Shown here: positions 49,447 to 62,363 of the stretch, in pieces
Position numbering within the stretch: the first letter of the stretch is position 1
Layout of the letters: each line of letters begins with the position of its first letter
NCBI GenBank assembly: GCA_904063045.1
Contig: CAJFCJ010000007.1
Coordinates: 3,293,404-3,357,403 of the forward strand
DNA: 64,000 nucleotides
From: Dimorphilus gyrociliatus
Lineage: Eukaryota > Animalia > Annelida
Direction: 5' to 3'
Notes under the pieces: model-generated
Databases searched by the model: none
Told to the model about the DNA's origin: nothing
The model's input: only the letters and a program-made list of their open reading frames with translations
Translations under genes and position numbers: made by a program

Positions 49447-52400
49447 GGATATATAAGCTATATAAATAGAGAGTAGCGCCAGTTGCATCTTCATTAGAGT
49501 AAATTGACAGAGATTTTTGCATTGTTCCGCCTTAAACCTTCTTCAATGACATCTCCTTCTCGCCCGGCTAGGTGCCGGTTTTTTTTTTCTTCTATATGCG
49601 AACATAAATAATAGCAGAATTGGGAATAGAGAGGAATGTAGGACGTCGTCTTCAATTAGATGCATATCTGACTCGGCAACTTTTCTCATTTCGTATTTTT
49701 TAGTCGTTTGTCATAACTACTCAAGAAAATTGCACAATGCCCCTTTGGGCCGGCTATATTGGCGGCATGCATCAAAGTACATTCCTTTTTCCCACTTTTT
49801 CCTCTAAAATATAAATAAATATAAATGTATTAATAAATCAACTAATGAACTTGAAAATTTTGTTATCTTTTGTATAAAATATAACATATTGTACATCTCT
49901 CTCTCTATATATATATATATTTTTTTTTTTGTTTCTGGCCTTTATATACAGTATATTAGGAAATATGAAAGTATATATTTAAATATACTTTATTCATATA
50001 ATAGCTCCAGTGTTTTACGTATTGTACTGTTTATATATATATATATATCGATATACATAACAGTATATACAATTTACATATACTAAATTCGAGCACATAA
50101 TTCTTTTATTTCTTTCATGTTCTTCCTGTACTAAATTGTTTCCTCCTCTTTATTGCTGGTCGTAGGAAATGTTCAACTAATCGGCAAATGGCAAATGCAA
50201 TTTGGACAGGGTCGGAGGTCAGGGCGTCGTCCCGTCACCGACGGTCGGTCATTCTCCATCCGAAAGCACGCTATCCTTAAGTTGTAAACGGATTAAATAT
50301 TATCAACATTTTTTTTTCATAGAAAGTAGAGATGGATAGAGAGAAAAGAATTAAAATGGGACAAGAAAAAAGACCTAATGGGAAAAAAATCGCTTAAAAA
50401 AGGAATTTGTAGTTGGTTTGAGTAGAAGAGAGAGAGAGAGAGAGAAAAAAGGGGGAGAGAGCGGAGGGGGAAGGGAATAGAAAAAAAGAAGGAAAGAAAA
50501 GTGCACTGCCTATAGCCAGTCACGCCATCCAACGTAATCGGCGGATTAAAAGGGGGAAAACGTGGCGAAAAGCGTCCACACGGCCTAATGGCTTAAATAC
50601 GATTAGTCGGAGAATTGAGCAATCAGAGGCGGCTTGAATGGTGTAGCTAGTGACTAGCAAATGGCGCCAATGCGCACAATCAGTCGGGCCTAATGCGATC
50701 GGGCTCGGGAATTAGGCAGAGCGACCGTAATTATGGTTAGACGGCCTCGGGGGTGGTCAGTCCGAGCTTTATAATATTTACGTTTCGTTTAATTATAAGC
50801 GGTCGTCTACAAACGGGATGGCTAAAATACAGATGAAACATGAATTTATACAGCCTTTTTCTGTCATTCTAATACAATTTCATAAATATTCAAAATATAT
50901 ATATATATATATATAAAATAATATATATATTTATTGACTCATATAAGGAAGTAACTTACATCTAAACACATTTATATATATATATGTATATATATATATA
51001 CATGCACACATTTATATTCTGTGCATGTAGTCTTAAACACTTATAAATAGCAGTTAAAATGAAATTAGAAGAGGGAAAGATTTAGGAATGATTAAGATGT
51101 AGAGATTAGAAGAAATAAAGAAATAAAAGAAGGAAAAAGAAGAGAAAAGAGAGGGGGTGGAGGGGAGAAAAATAGAAAAATATGCGCGATTAGACGTCGT
51201 ATTCGGGCAAATAACTAATGGCGTTCGTTAGGCGGACGCAACTGCGAGGCAAAGCCGCGTAACAGACTGCAATCGTCCTGCTAATGCAGTTGATGTAATT
51301 TCTTTTCTCTTTGCAGCCTTCTAAACTATTGGAGCCATATTTATGGGCATCTAATACACTTCTAGTGAAAAAATTCATTCTACGTAACCTACTGTAATTT
51401 CCATTTAAGAAGAAGAAAAGGGGTTGGGAAGATGACCTTTACAAACGCCTTTTTTATTGTTAACATATCTTTTTGTCTGTTCTTACACATGTACACTTAA
51501 ATGCATACTATGTGTATATATACAAGGAAGATGTATGCGTGCGCTATTACCTTTGTTAAGAGCTGTCTCTTTCGCCCATAGTCTTTGAAGTCGCGCTGAT
51601 GGGCCGTCACTTTGCCGTCACCGCGAGGCGTCAGCGACGTCCAACAAGGTCATTACGATAGAACTGCGGGCCGTATTAATTACGTACGACCACTTTTCCC
51701 TCTGTAAGCGAGATGAATCGTTGACAATGTAATTGTTACCCAACTACCATCCATCACTCACTAATTATACATGCATGCTCTTCGAAAATGATAAATTAAT
51801 ATGAAACTAAGTTAGGGTCCTCTCAGGTAAAGTTTCGTGTATGATTCAAGAAATCAGACGCCGTCGGTTAGAAAGAAGCACTTTGCGTAAAATTGACGTC
51901 TTGTCAACGCTGTTGATTGTCGATGATTGGTGTTATAAGTTATGTAACGCAAACCTTTTTCATCCAAGGTGGGTGGAAAAGAGAGAAAAAGTATATATAT
52001 ATATATATACATCAATCTATATAGAATAATATTTTATATATAGTAACGATTTTATTGAGAGTGAGTTGTTATCGAGTCTAAACGATTAAATGAAACGCCT
52101 ACAGAAGAGTTAAAATAACTTTTCTTTAATTAGTAATTAGTTAAATTACTAAAAAAAACAAGAAAACAAACAAACCATAAAGAAAGGAAAACTTCTCTTT
52201 TTCTCTTCTCATAAACAAGATATTAAATTAAATTAAATTAAATTAATTAATATATAGGAGAAACAGAAGCATGGACTAAAGAATATTAAGAAAAGGACAA
52301 ACGAGAATGGGATACGTTGAGAAAAGTGGAGAAAAGTAGAAAAGGTAGAAGGGGAGGGGGAAGAGTAAGAGGAGGAGTAGGAGTAGGAGGAGGTGGAGTA

Positions 52401-52668
52401 GTAGTACTAGCTGTAGTAGTAATAGTAGTACAAGGAAGAAGGATAGATTGCAGTTGAGAAACAGTCGCAGGTGCGAGAAAATACGAAGGGCGTCGAATTT
52501 AAACAATGCGTGTACATACACACTCCTCTTCCTGGTTTGTCATTTCGCTCGCGCGTATAATTACGTTCCTTTACCTGACTGCGGTCATTACAGCATTGCG
52601 TCTAATGTACGATGTTATTGTTGCAGTCGGAGTTAATAACGGTTGATTGCCGTCGTAAAACGAGACGT

Positions 52669-52670
<2 letters not shown>

Positions 52671-52706
<36 letters not shown>

Positions 52707-52709
52707 TTT
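52671..52709 (+). repeat. A32 homopolymer followed by T7
   Basis: Directly visible. Confidence 0.9.
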
Positions 52710-53621
52710 ACGCTAGAAAATTTATTCCACCGCGCAATTATTGCGATATTTGCCGCAATTTCGTACGAATTAACGCCGCCCTTTAATGTATAAAGCTCTC
52801 GCTAAAATTTCCTATATATTTAATAATAGAGGATGCGAAAAAAGGAGGTGGAAACAGGAGAAGAGGGCTGCTTGGCAATATAGGAAGAAATAGGTGAAAA
52901 GTGGGATATATATATATATATGTATATCACTATATGTCCTATATTATATATATATATATATATATAAACACGTATATGTACTTATGTACGAAATGGATGA
53001 ATTGTTACCTGAAGTTTGATTAGGTAGGGAATTACAAGATGAGGACAGATGAGGACGAGTAAGTGGGGTGAAATGGCGGGGGGAAACAAAGGTAGGATAG
53101 AAAGCTAAAATAAGTGTTTGAGTAACGTATAGCATCTACGTAATCTTACTTTATGCCAGTCAGTTAAGAGTTTGATAACTAAATTATATGTACAGTTTGT
53201 TTAACCTATTAACATAAGATATATTACAAATTCTCCTATTATCTTTAGGCTATTATAGATATTCTTTGCATTAAAATCACCATAAAGTAGGTTAGAACAT
53301 GAGGATAAAAATAGTAAAATGCTACACTCATAACATAAAACCAATTAATAGGTTTAATTGTTGGATTACAACTTTGTCTGTTGTTTATTCTGATATACTT
53401 TCTTCTCTTGCAGAAAAGCATATATGTATGTACATATGTACATAAGATAAACGTCGCTACCAGTCAGTATAATTATTTTAATTAAGCCTATAGCACGATG
53501 GAACTGCGGACTGTTTTAAGAATGAATAAGAAATGGGTATGAAAAGAAAAGGGATAGTGAATGGAAGAAAGATTAAGTAGAAACAGATATAGAGGAAAGA
53601 GTAAGAGAGATGGAAGAAAAA

Positions 53622-53657
53622 GAAGAAGAAGAAGAAGAAGAAGAAGAAGAAGAAGAA
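53622..53657 (+). repeat. (GAA)12 repeat within a polypurine tract of about 250 bp
   Basis: Directly visible. Confidence 0.9.
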
Positions 53658-55218
53658 AAGGGGCAGAAGAATTAGGTAAAGCTGTATGAGAGAGAAAAAA
53701 AGAAAAAGAAAAAATAAGTAAAAGAATACATAGTAAAAAGTAGAAGAGAAATAAAGAGTGAGAGAGAGAGTGAGTGAACGAATTATGCCAGATGAGCGAT
53801 TTTGCAGTCCACCGAGACCGAAGGCGAAGCGAGATAGTAGAAAACGATAAGAAAAGAAGTGGATGAAAAAGCACCTCGCATATTTATATATATTCGCGTT
53901 TGCCGCAATTAGTCGCCTGCAGACATAAACACAATTTCTCATTTCGCTTCGAAAATGTAGGGTGAAAGGGGTCGGGCGCGTACCCGCGAGATGGACACGG
54001 TCATTAATCAAGGCGTCTTTTTTCTGCAGCAGCAGCAGCGCGTCCGAGTCGCGCGCAATCGATTTGCATCAACTTACGCAATGTGACGCTTCCCTATACC
54101 GAATATTATAGATGCAGATATAGATGGACATATATTGTGTATCAGTGTAATATATGTTTTCACTATTACCATTATTATCATTATCATTGTTATTAAAGTT
54201 AATTTGCATACGTGTATTTGATGATATACTACGTACTGTGCATATGCCATAAAGTGTAGAGAGTATATATTTACTTATGAATAAACATGTTGAAAAAAAT
54301 CATAAATATTCATAAACATTTAAATTATTATATATCTGGATTTCAAAATGTGTATATGTATATAGGATAAGGGCATATATATGTACGTATAATATATATA
54401 TGTATATATTAGTATATATATATAGAGAGAGGGAGATATTTTTCTAAAGCAGTGTATAAGATGCAATGGCTACCACAAAATATATAACGGTTCGTTGCTT
54501 TTGTGACGCTCGAACGGGCGGCCGGTCGACGCTAATTGCTGACCGAATTACGTCACTGCCATATACGTGCATTTACATGTGTATATGTAATTAATAATCA
54601 CGATGCTCCGTGACAATAGGAGCAATGTATTTTTGTTCTAATTTCATTAACGCCTCAGCTTCAAACTTCTTTTTCTTTTCGATTTGTTAACCACTTCAAA
54701 AGAACGTAATATGCGTATATATATGTGTGTACGAGCGTCATAAGGCCGCCGGCGTCGGAATGGACGTTGTATAATTACATTTATCCACCGTTAATCTAAT
54801 CTTAAAACTTGCTACGCGCAAGCGCCAGTCCGTATTAATTCGGTCTTTTCGGTCGGCAAACAAGCTTTATATTTTCGTTGCAGTAGAGAACCACGAGACT
54901 GCACGAATTTTATACATTGCGGTAGAAGCATCTGTGTTGAGAACTAGTTAAAATTTAGTTTTATAGTATAATTATTAAAGGTGAAATTATACTTAATTAG
55001 TATACATGTATATATGAATAAATGTATGTATGTATGTATATGCGTATATATAAATATATATGTAAATGTATGCATTCAAATGAAGACTTTACAGTAATAT
55101 AGACGTATTTTAGATATCTCAATATACAATATAGACGAAATCCTATAGATATAACATGAATATTCATATATGTACGCACACATATACGCATTTGCATGAA
55201 AATATATGCACATGCAGC

Positions 55219-55249
<31 letters not shown>

Positions 55250-56514
55250 CATATGTACGGCTCTCCTTTTAGCTTATAAACTATATATATATATATAAGA
55301 ATATGAAGAATATATATATATGAAAATATATAAATATTATATACTATATTTTTTATTAAATTTACACCCGAATTGCGCGCATTAACGAATAAAAAGCGGC
55401 ACACGTGACCGTTAATCGCCGACTGCATTAAGCTTAATTAACAATTTCATCAAGAGCTCGTGCGTATCGAATAAACGCCGACACGTGTTTAATTAAAAGC
55501 CGTATAATTAATGCGGCTGACACGTGACGAATTAGGGATGAAGATTGCAAAATTCTGTATAGCTTATATATTGCATGACGAATTAATAAGAGAAAAAAGG
55601 GAGCATCGTGATGCCACATCTATTTTCGTACACGCACACGCAAAACAGGCGCGAACCGACTGCAACAACTGCAAAAGATATGCAGGTAAAGAAGATAAAG
55701 TCGGGTCAAAGGCCGAAGTCAGTTAACATTCTTCGCCGTCCGTCTCTGGCGCAATCTATGAAATTAAGGGCGGTTGCCATAGTTACGTAGCCGTCATAAA
55801 ATGTGATTTGGGGTTGTGTAATAAGTAGTCAGCCACTGCCCTAACCTCTTCATTACCACTAGACGTCACTAGTGCGACCTCACACACTCACACACTTTAC
55901 ACATAAACACATATATACTTATATGCACATATATACAACGTTTTTACGTAAGAAAATCAAAGATACATTTGCACACACACAAAAAAACACGCAAAACTTA
56001 ACACTTTAAACAGACTAAACCAGTTAGACGCCTCAGAACTAATGGCGTGCTACGCTCCTCTACATTCCTCCTATCTGCTCTAATACATAATAACATTTAA
56101 CTACATGCATTGTATATTGCGCTTAATTCTTCTTACATGAATATTCATGTAGGAGGATATACATGAATATATTATACCTAATAAGGTTATTATACTCGCT
56201 TATATAATATATAAAGATTGCATATATTAATTATAGATTTCTAACTCAAGTTGACTGATTTCTTTTGGTCCAAAGACTTGTTTGTAATGCAACTTAACAG
56301 TTGTGTCACAATAGATTAATATTTCGATTTATGTGTTTTTCGTTGCGGATTAATCTTATTCCTGATTAAAGCTGGGTTGAAAGTTTTCAATTGTCACATG
56401 ACCTGAGCACGGTCACTTAGACTGGTGTTGTTAAATAATTTTTAAATTCAGGGGATTTCCAACCGTCTGCTAGATTCTTTCCCAGAATTCAGGGCGTAGT
56501 AGAGAGATGTTCGT

Positions 56515-56528
56515 ACGCCATCTGGCGG
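56515..56528 (-). promoter_or_regulatory. Strong CTCF-like motif
   Basis: The minus strand reads CCGCCAGATGGCGT, matching the CTCF core CC(A/G)C(C/T)AG(A/G)(T/G)GGC. Confidence 0.6.
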
Positions 56529-57072
56529 GCACTCGAACTGAATAATTAATTGGCCTCAATCAAGCGGCTATTTATCTCACGTGGCCGCGATTGCGGGAGT
56601 TATTCGCTCTCGACGAGCGCCGCAAACTGGAAGCGTTTTATGTATAAAAAAAATTGGCCTCTGAAGAAAGTATAGAAGAAAAGAGAATGATAGCAAAGAA
56701 CGTTAAAAGGTAAGGTCGATTAGTTTGTCGTGTAACGTGTTTGTTGCAACTTTTTAGACAAAGAGAGTCGGAAAGTAAAGTAGCGGAGAGCCTAGGGCTA
56801 ATTAGGGCAGAGTAATTAGCCGACGTTGCAGTAGGGGCAGCTAGGAAAATGGGCGTCCAGCTGAGCGTTTGCCTTTTGTCTTTGTTATATTTAGTAGAGA
56901 GTTACTGTATACGGGCAGCACGGCAACTGCAAACGGTATAAGGTCAAACAACAAACGCTAACGAACGCTGCGCTAATTGCTGCGTTTCGCAATTAAGCAT
57001 TAATATTTGATGGAGTTGGAGAGAAAGCGAATAGAATATATCGTATATGTATAACACGATTATATTTTATAA

Positions 57073-57127
<55 letters not shown>

Positions 57128-58227
57128 AGTATATATATATATATGTCAAATATTGCATGTACCATCTGTATACATCCTTATACGACATCAATACACTGGT
57201 TATCCTTATGAGTACCATTTCATCTCTCTTTTTATTTTATGCTCTTTCCTATATACCTTTATTTATGAATATTTCAATATAACAAATGTATATAAGTATA
57301 TATAAATGCACATTTACCCTATATATATACATATATATATATATATATACATATATGCATATTGTATAAATTCTAAGAGAGAAATCTGGTGGTCACGAAG
57401 GCAATGCGATCCGGTCGTCATGATTAAGTTTGTATTGCAGAGCGGCTAATTGTCTCTGTTTGATTGCGATCGTTTGATCTTATTGCATTCGCAAATACTT
57501 CCAACATTGCACTGTTTGCTTTCGAAGCGCTGAAATTATAGAAGCGCCCGCGATTAATCATTAAGGCATATAAAAAACTGTATATTTAGAAGCATACATA
57601 CGAAATATTACGTAGATAAGTGTTTTACATTTTATAAACTGTTCTCTTCTCACTATAACATGGATGTTTTTATCATCGTTTATATAATTTAAATATGCAT
57701 GTTGGCTTATAAATATTCATATATTTATTTGTTTTACTCACAGTTATAGTTATATACATAAACACTTGTACATAATGATATACATCGAAGTATGGCGACT
57801 GTTTATATACATATATCTCTCTGTGTATTGATACACTTTACTTGTCATTGAGTAGTTTCTATTCTTATAATCATTTTATTTTTCAAATTCGAAATTAATA
57901 ACGCTCATATTCAGTTATAAAACACACTTAAAAAATATTGTATAGAGAAAGAAGCGACGCCGCAGTTGGCTCGCTGAGCCGAGCGTCAATAGACGCGAGA
58001 TTGGTCTGAAAGATTATTCAGTAAGCAAACACTTAAGTGAAGCGGCGTTAGTGCAATTAAAAAGGGCGCGCGCGAAATCCGTTAATTGCGTATTGCAGTT
58101 GGCAAACACTAGACGCCTGCAGTCGATACGGGCCGCTTGATTGCGTCGCGGCGCCGTCTTTTTCACAAGCGAATATTGGGGGAAGCAGTGCAAAGAGAGT
58201 GAGGGGGAAGGGTAAATTGGGTCGTTT

Positions 58228-58241
58228 TCGCTAGATGGCGT
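58228..58241 (+). promoter_or_regulatory. CTCF-like motif, opposite orientation to the 56515 site
   Basis: The plus strand reads TCGCTAGATGGCGT. Confidence 0.45.
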
Positions 58242-59849
58242 TGGTTATCCGATTTTAATACTCGCCTTTTTTTTCTCTATTATATAACTTCTACTGATTA
58301 AGAAGCAGTTCGTTTCCTGCTTTATTCTGAAATGACTGTTCATTAAGGTAACTTAGCCGTTCAATTACTATCCACATCATTTTGATCTTCTCTCTTCTAT
58401 TGTACGGCGTCTCCTGCCGTCACTTTGTCGACCGACGTCCGTTTTCCTGTATATACCGTCGTACGTGAAGAAAAAACGTTTTTCTAGACATACCAGAGAT
58501 GTATAGAAAACTATACATCATTCGTTTATTATGTGTATGATGTGTACAATATGCCTTGTAAATACAATATGTAACGCATGTACAAGACGTCTATGAAGGC
58601 AAAAGAAACGTATACTGTCTATTGTATTAAGTATAAACTACATACTACGTACTATAACACTACATTCTAAAATATAAGAATATATATATATATACAAAAT
58701 ATACAGCGCATAAAAAAAATTATATATATATATATAGATGTGCAAGCTTAGCCATCGCTCTAATTGCGCGCGTCCATCAATCATATAGCCGGTCTCGGTG
58801 CAGCAGAGCGCCGGTATGCGCTAACTAATTAACTATTCGCGTCAGGCGTCGAGCAGCGTAGTCTTATCGAATGTGAGAGATGATATGCAGAACTCGCTTT
58901 CCCCATGTGGGACTCAGCGGTCAGGTCAGTCGGCGTCCTTTTCGGGGCATAAAAAAATATTAAGAGAAAAAAAGAGAGAGGGGGGGTGTAGGAGGGGTGG
59001 AAGGGTATTTACAAGTCATAGGCAAATTTGTGTAGAGTGGTGGGCTATGGGAGAGAGAACGAGTGGGTGAGAGAAAAAGGAGAGAGAAAAGGATTTATTA
59101 TTATTATTATTGTTATGAGTATTTTTTAACACTATATAACGCACGTGCTAGGGAATAAAACGCATTTCAACTTGGATAGAATTTCGACGCGCATATTGCG
59201 CGCAGACCGATTGTTTTCGTTCTCTATATAGACCGACCCCAGCTCTCCTCGTATAGGACTAAAGCTGTAGCCTGCTCGGGGTGTATAAGTTAGCTGCAGG
59301 CGCCACTGATGGTTCAACTGATAATAGCGAAAGCGGGTAAGGCACCGCGTAGACTTTCATCTTTCGCCTTGATTTATATTATACATACGTATAACGTTTT
59401 TTTCAGGGCGTGGCGCCTACGGCTCTAGCGACGACCCATTTACTAAATGAACGTTTTGCCCCTAATAGAATTTGTATATATTCACAAAACGCAACCGTCC
59501 TCGCTACTTAACGGACGAATAGCCTTCTCATTAAACGGTCGTCATGACTACACAGTTAGCGTATCTTTTGTTTCTGCACGCGGCGGGCCAAACGACGCCG
59601 TCGGCGTTATACTGTCCACTCGAACGCCGTCTTTCAAAACGGCACGCCTGCGTCCTTGACGCCGCAATCGTCTCTGACCAATCGTTAATTGGGCTAAGTC
59701 TACTAATGAGAGTGAGGAGGAGGTTAGAAGAGGGTAGGCAGAGAGGGAAGAAAGGGAGAGTATGAGAGAATGAGTGAGAAAATGAGTACAGAAAGAATTA
59801 AAAAGGGAGAGAAGAGATAGAGTGGGAGAGTGAGAGTGAATGTGAGAAT

Positions 59850-59882
<33 letters not shown>

Positions 59883-62332
59883 GGAGAGAGCGAAGGAACG
59901 AAAGAAAGAGAGTGAGCGAGAGAGCCTAGCCTTATATTCCATCAGAAATCGAAACGCACGGTAAATAAGTGACGCCTAAATAGACAATGAGGCGATTGAT
60001 TGCGACGGTTAAGTTTTCAATTTATACGACCGTTGCTTTTTTTTTCTTTTTTTTTTATTTCTAGCATTCCAACGCTGATAAGCCGAGTGGTACCCGTCGT
60101 CACTCTATTGAAATTAAAAAAGAAAAACGCGTAATTTATGCGTAATTATAGACGGAAAAAATGTTTGCGAGGCGATTTCAATACCATCTATTGTGCGTGC
60201 GCATAATTCGAGACCGCCCGTAATACGTAAATTAACTAGCACTACGCCGTCTGACCGTTGGTCACTTGCGCCTAACTGTCAATGAAGGTAATTTTCAGAA
60301 GTAAGGGTGAAAAGGTCGAGACACCAGTATACATTGAAAAAAAAAATACCCCTGTATACACGCAAGCCATATACTTTAAAAAATATGTTTTTAACTCTTT
60401 GCTTTTTCTTAGGATTATTGTTATTTAAACATGTATAAACTGGGATTTTCTTGCAGTATATATGAATATACATAGTATGTATATGTGTAAATATACATAG
60501 ACATACATTTGTATTTATATATATATATATATATAGATGTATATACGCCAAAAATATCTATACACATATATACATATATGTGAATGTGTATATATATACA
60601 GATATCTATCTAGGAGTATGTAAATGGTACCGAACGGTCTATTGGTGTGTATATGAGATTGCATATGAACACATCTATATCTTAATATAAATTCTGTGCA
60701 GTTGGATTTATAAATATGAAATATGTAAATATAAAGTGTAGGCCTAAACTCTTAATTAAGCCGACCAACCTTCGGCTCCGGCCCGGAGATGCCTCGTTGA
60801 CGCCGTCGGATGTTGAGCTAACGAGCGAGAGACGCCCCTAAGGGGTGAGCAATGCAAGCGTCGCGTCGGTATTTACCCTTTTTGTTTTGATCTCTCGCCT
60901 GCCCACTGTATATGTATTTATCGATCGCCGTGCGCGTTTGCGCGCTGCGTCTCCGGAGACGTCCGAATCGGGTCAAAGATGAGGCGCGCGGTCGGCATGG
61001 AAACGCAATTAGTATGCATATCGGACGAACTAATGAGGTTAGGTAATCATAAGTTTGACAAGCGTTGCGGATCCGTCACCTCATTTGGGATTAGGGGCAG
61101 TCGCAAAGGCACTAGACGCTGGTCATAGTTGTAATATAGGAAAAAGAAAAAAAGAGACGCAACCACGTGACGCAATGCCCCGCCCAACGGCTCATTATGA
61201 GCGCGTGGCGTAATGAGAGGCCATAATGATGGTATTTGCGAGGCGCATATACTGGTCGGACGCCGTAGCGCCAACAGCAGCTCTTCTTTTCTCAGCTTCC
61301 GCTAGACGGCGCTACTGAACGGTCAGCATCAGTTCGTTCAGTTCGGTCTTCGCCCTTCGCCCAGCGCTGACAGGATAGACGCCCGAAAGAGACGCTCGTC
61401 AATCGTTCGCTTTTTTTCCAACACATTCCTCGCGCGCTCCGCATTCCACGGATAGTCGACGAACGACCGTCTCAGCATCCATCTTTCGGAGGTTGGTAGT
61501 TTCTAAGAGATAGGAACACTAAGCTCGTGTGTGGCCTAAATCTATATATAAATACATATATATATATATATATTGGTGAGGATATATATATAGTATATAT
61601 TTTATTATATATGTATATATATAGATGTATATATAGATGGAATACACACGTTAGTATTCGTCAGTATGTGTGTATACGTACGTATGGATGTTTAAAGTGT
61701 GTAATATGCGTATAAAAGATATGCATATAAAAGTAAGTGTAAAGGAACCTACATACATACATTTTAAGAATGTGTGTTACTGTAAAAGCGTATAAAATGC
61801 ACCGGGAGCGATTTTACTCGTTTCTTTTCAACTCCGTCGGAAACAATGCGTTCGATTGTGTCAAATTTCTCAACAAACGATTTTCGTAAAACTTTTCGGC
61901 AATGTGTTGCTTCTATGATAAATAGTAAAATCGTCCTGACAGTTTTTTTTTCTCTATCTCTATCTCTATTTATCTCTCTCTCTTTTTTTTTCCTTCTGAT
62001 TCTGTTTCATAATCCACTCATAATATTATTTCTCTTCCTCGATCTTCTACGAAAACACTATTGGCATCACCAATATTACTTGCTCATTTTATTCTCTGTA
62101 CCATTCGTTTAAGTCAATTTTTTCTCTTAGTCATCCCCTTACTTTTTGCAGCTTTTTTTCTCTCTCTTATTTCTACTTCTCTCATCTTTCAACTCTTAAA
62201 TCAGTTTTTATTCTCTAACATCTCGTATGTAATTATTTTCTTATATACACTGCAATTTTATGTACTTTTCATCTTATTTTGGATATGTAGACACTCTAAG
62301 TAGAATATACATAAGGATTTATACAGTATATG

Positions 62333-62363
<31 letters not shown>

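Noticed and set aside
56449-56464. CAGGGGATTTCCAACC resembling a hAT terminal inverted repeat
   Set aside because: No matching opposite TIR or 8-bp target-site duplication was found in the window.
59338-59345. TAAGGCAC (miR-124 5' end)
   Set aside because: The sequence diverges after 8 nt and no precursor hairpin is evident.
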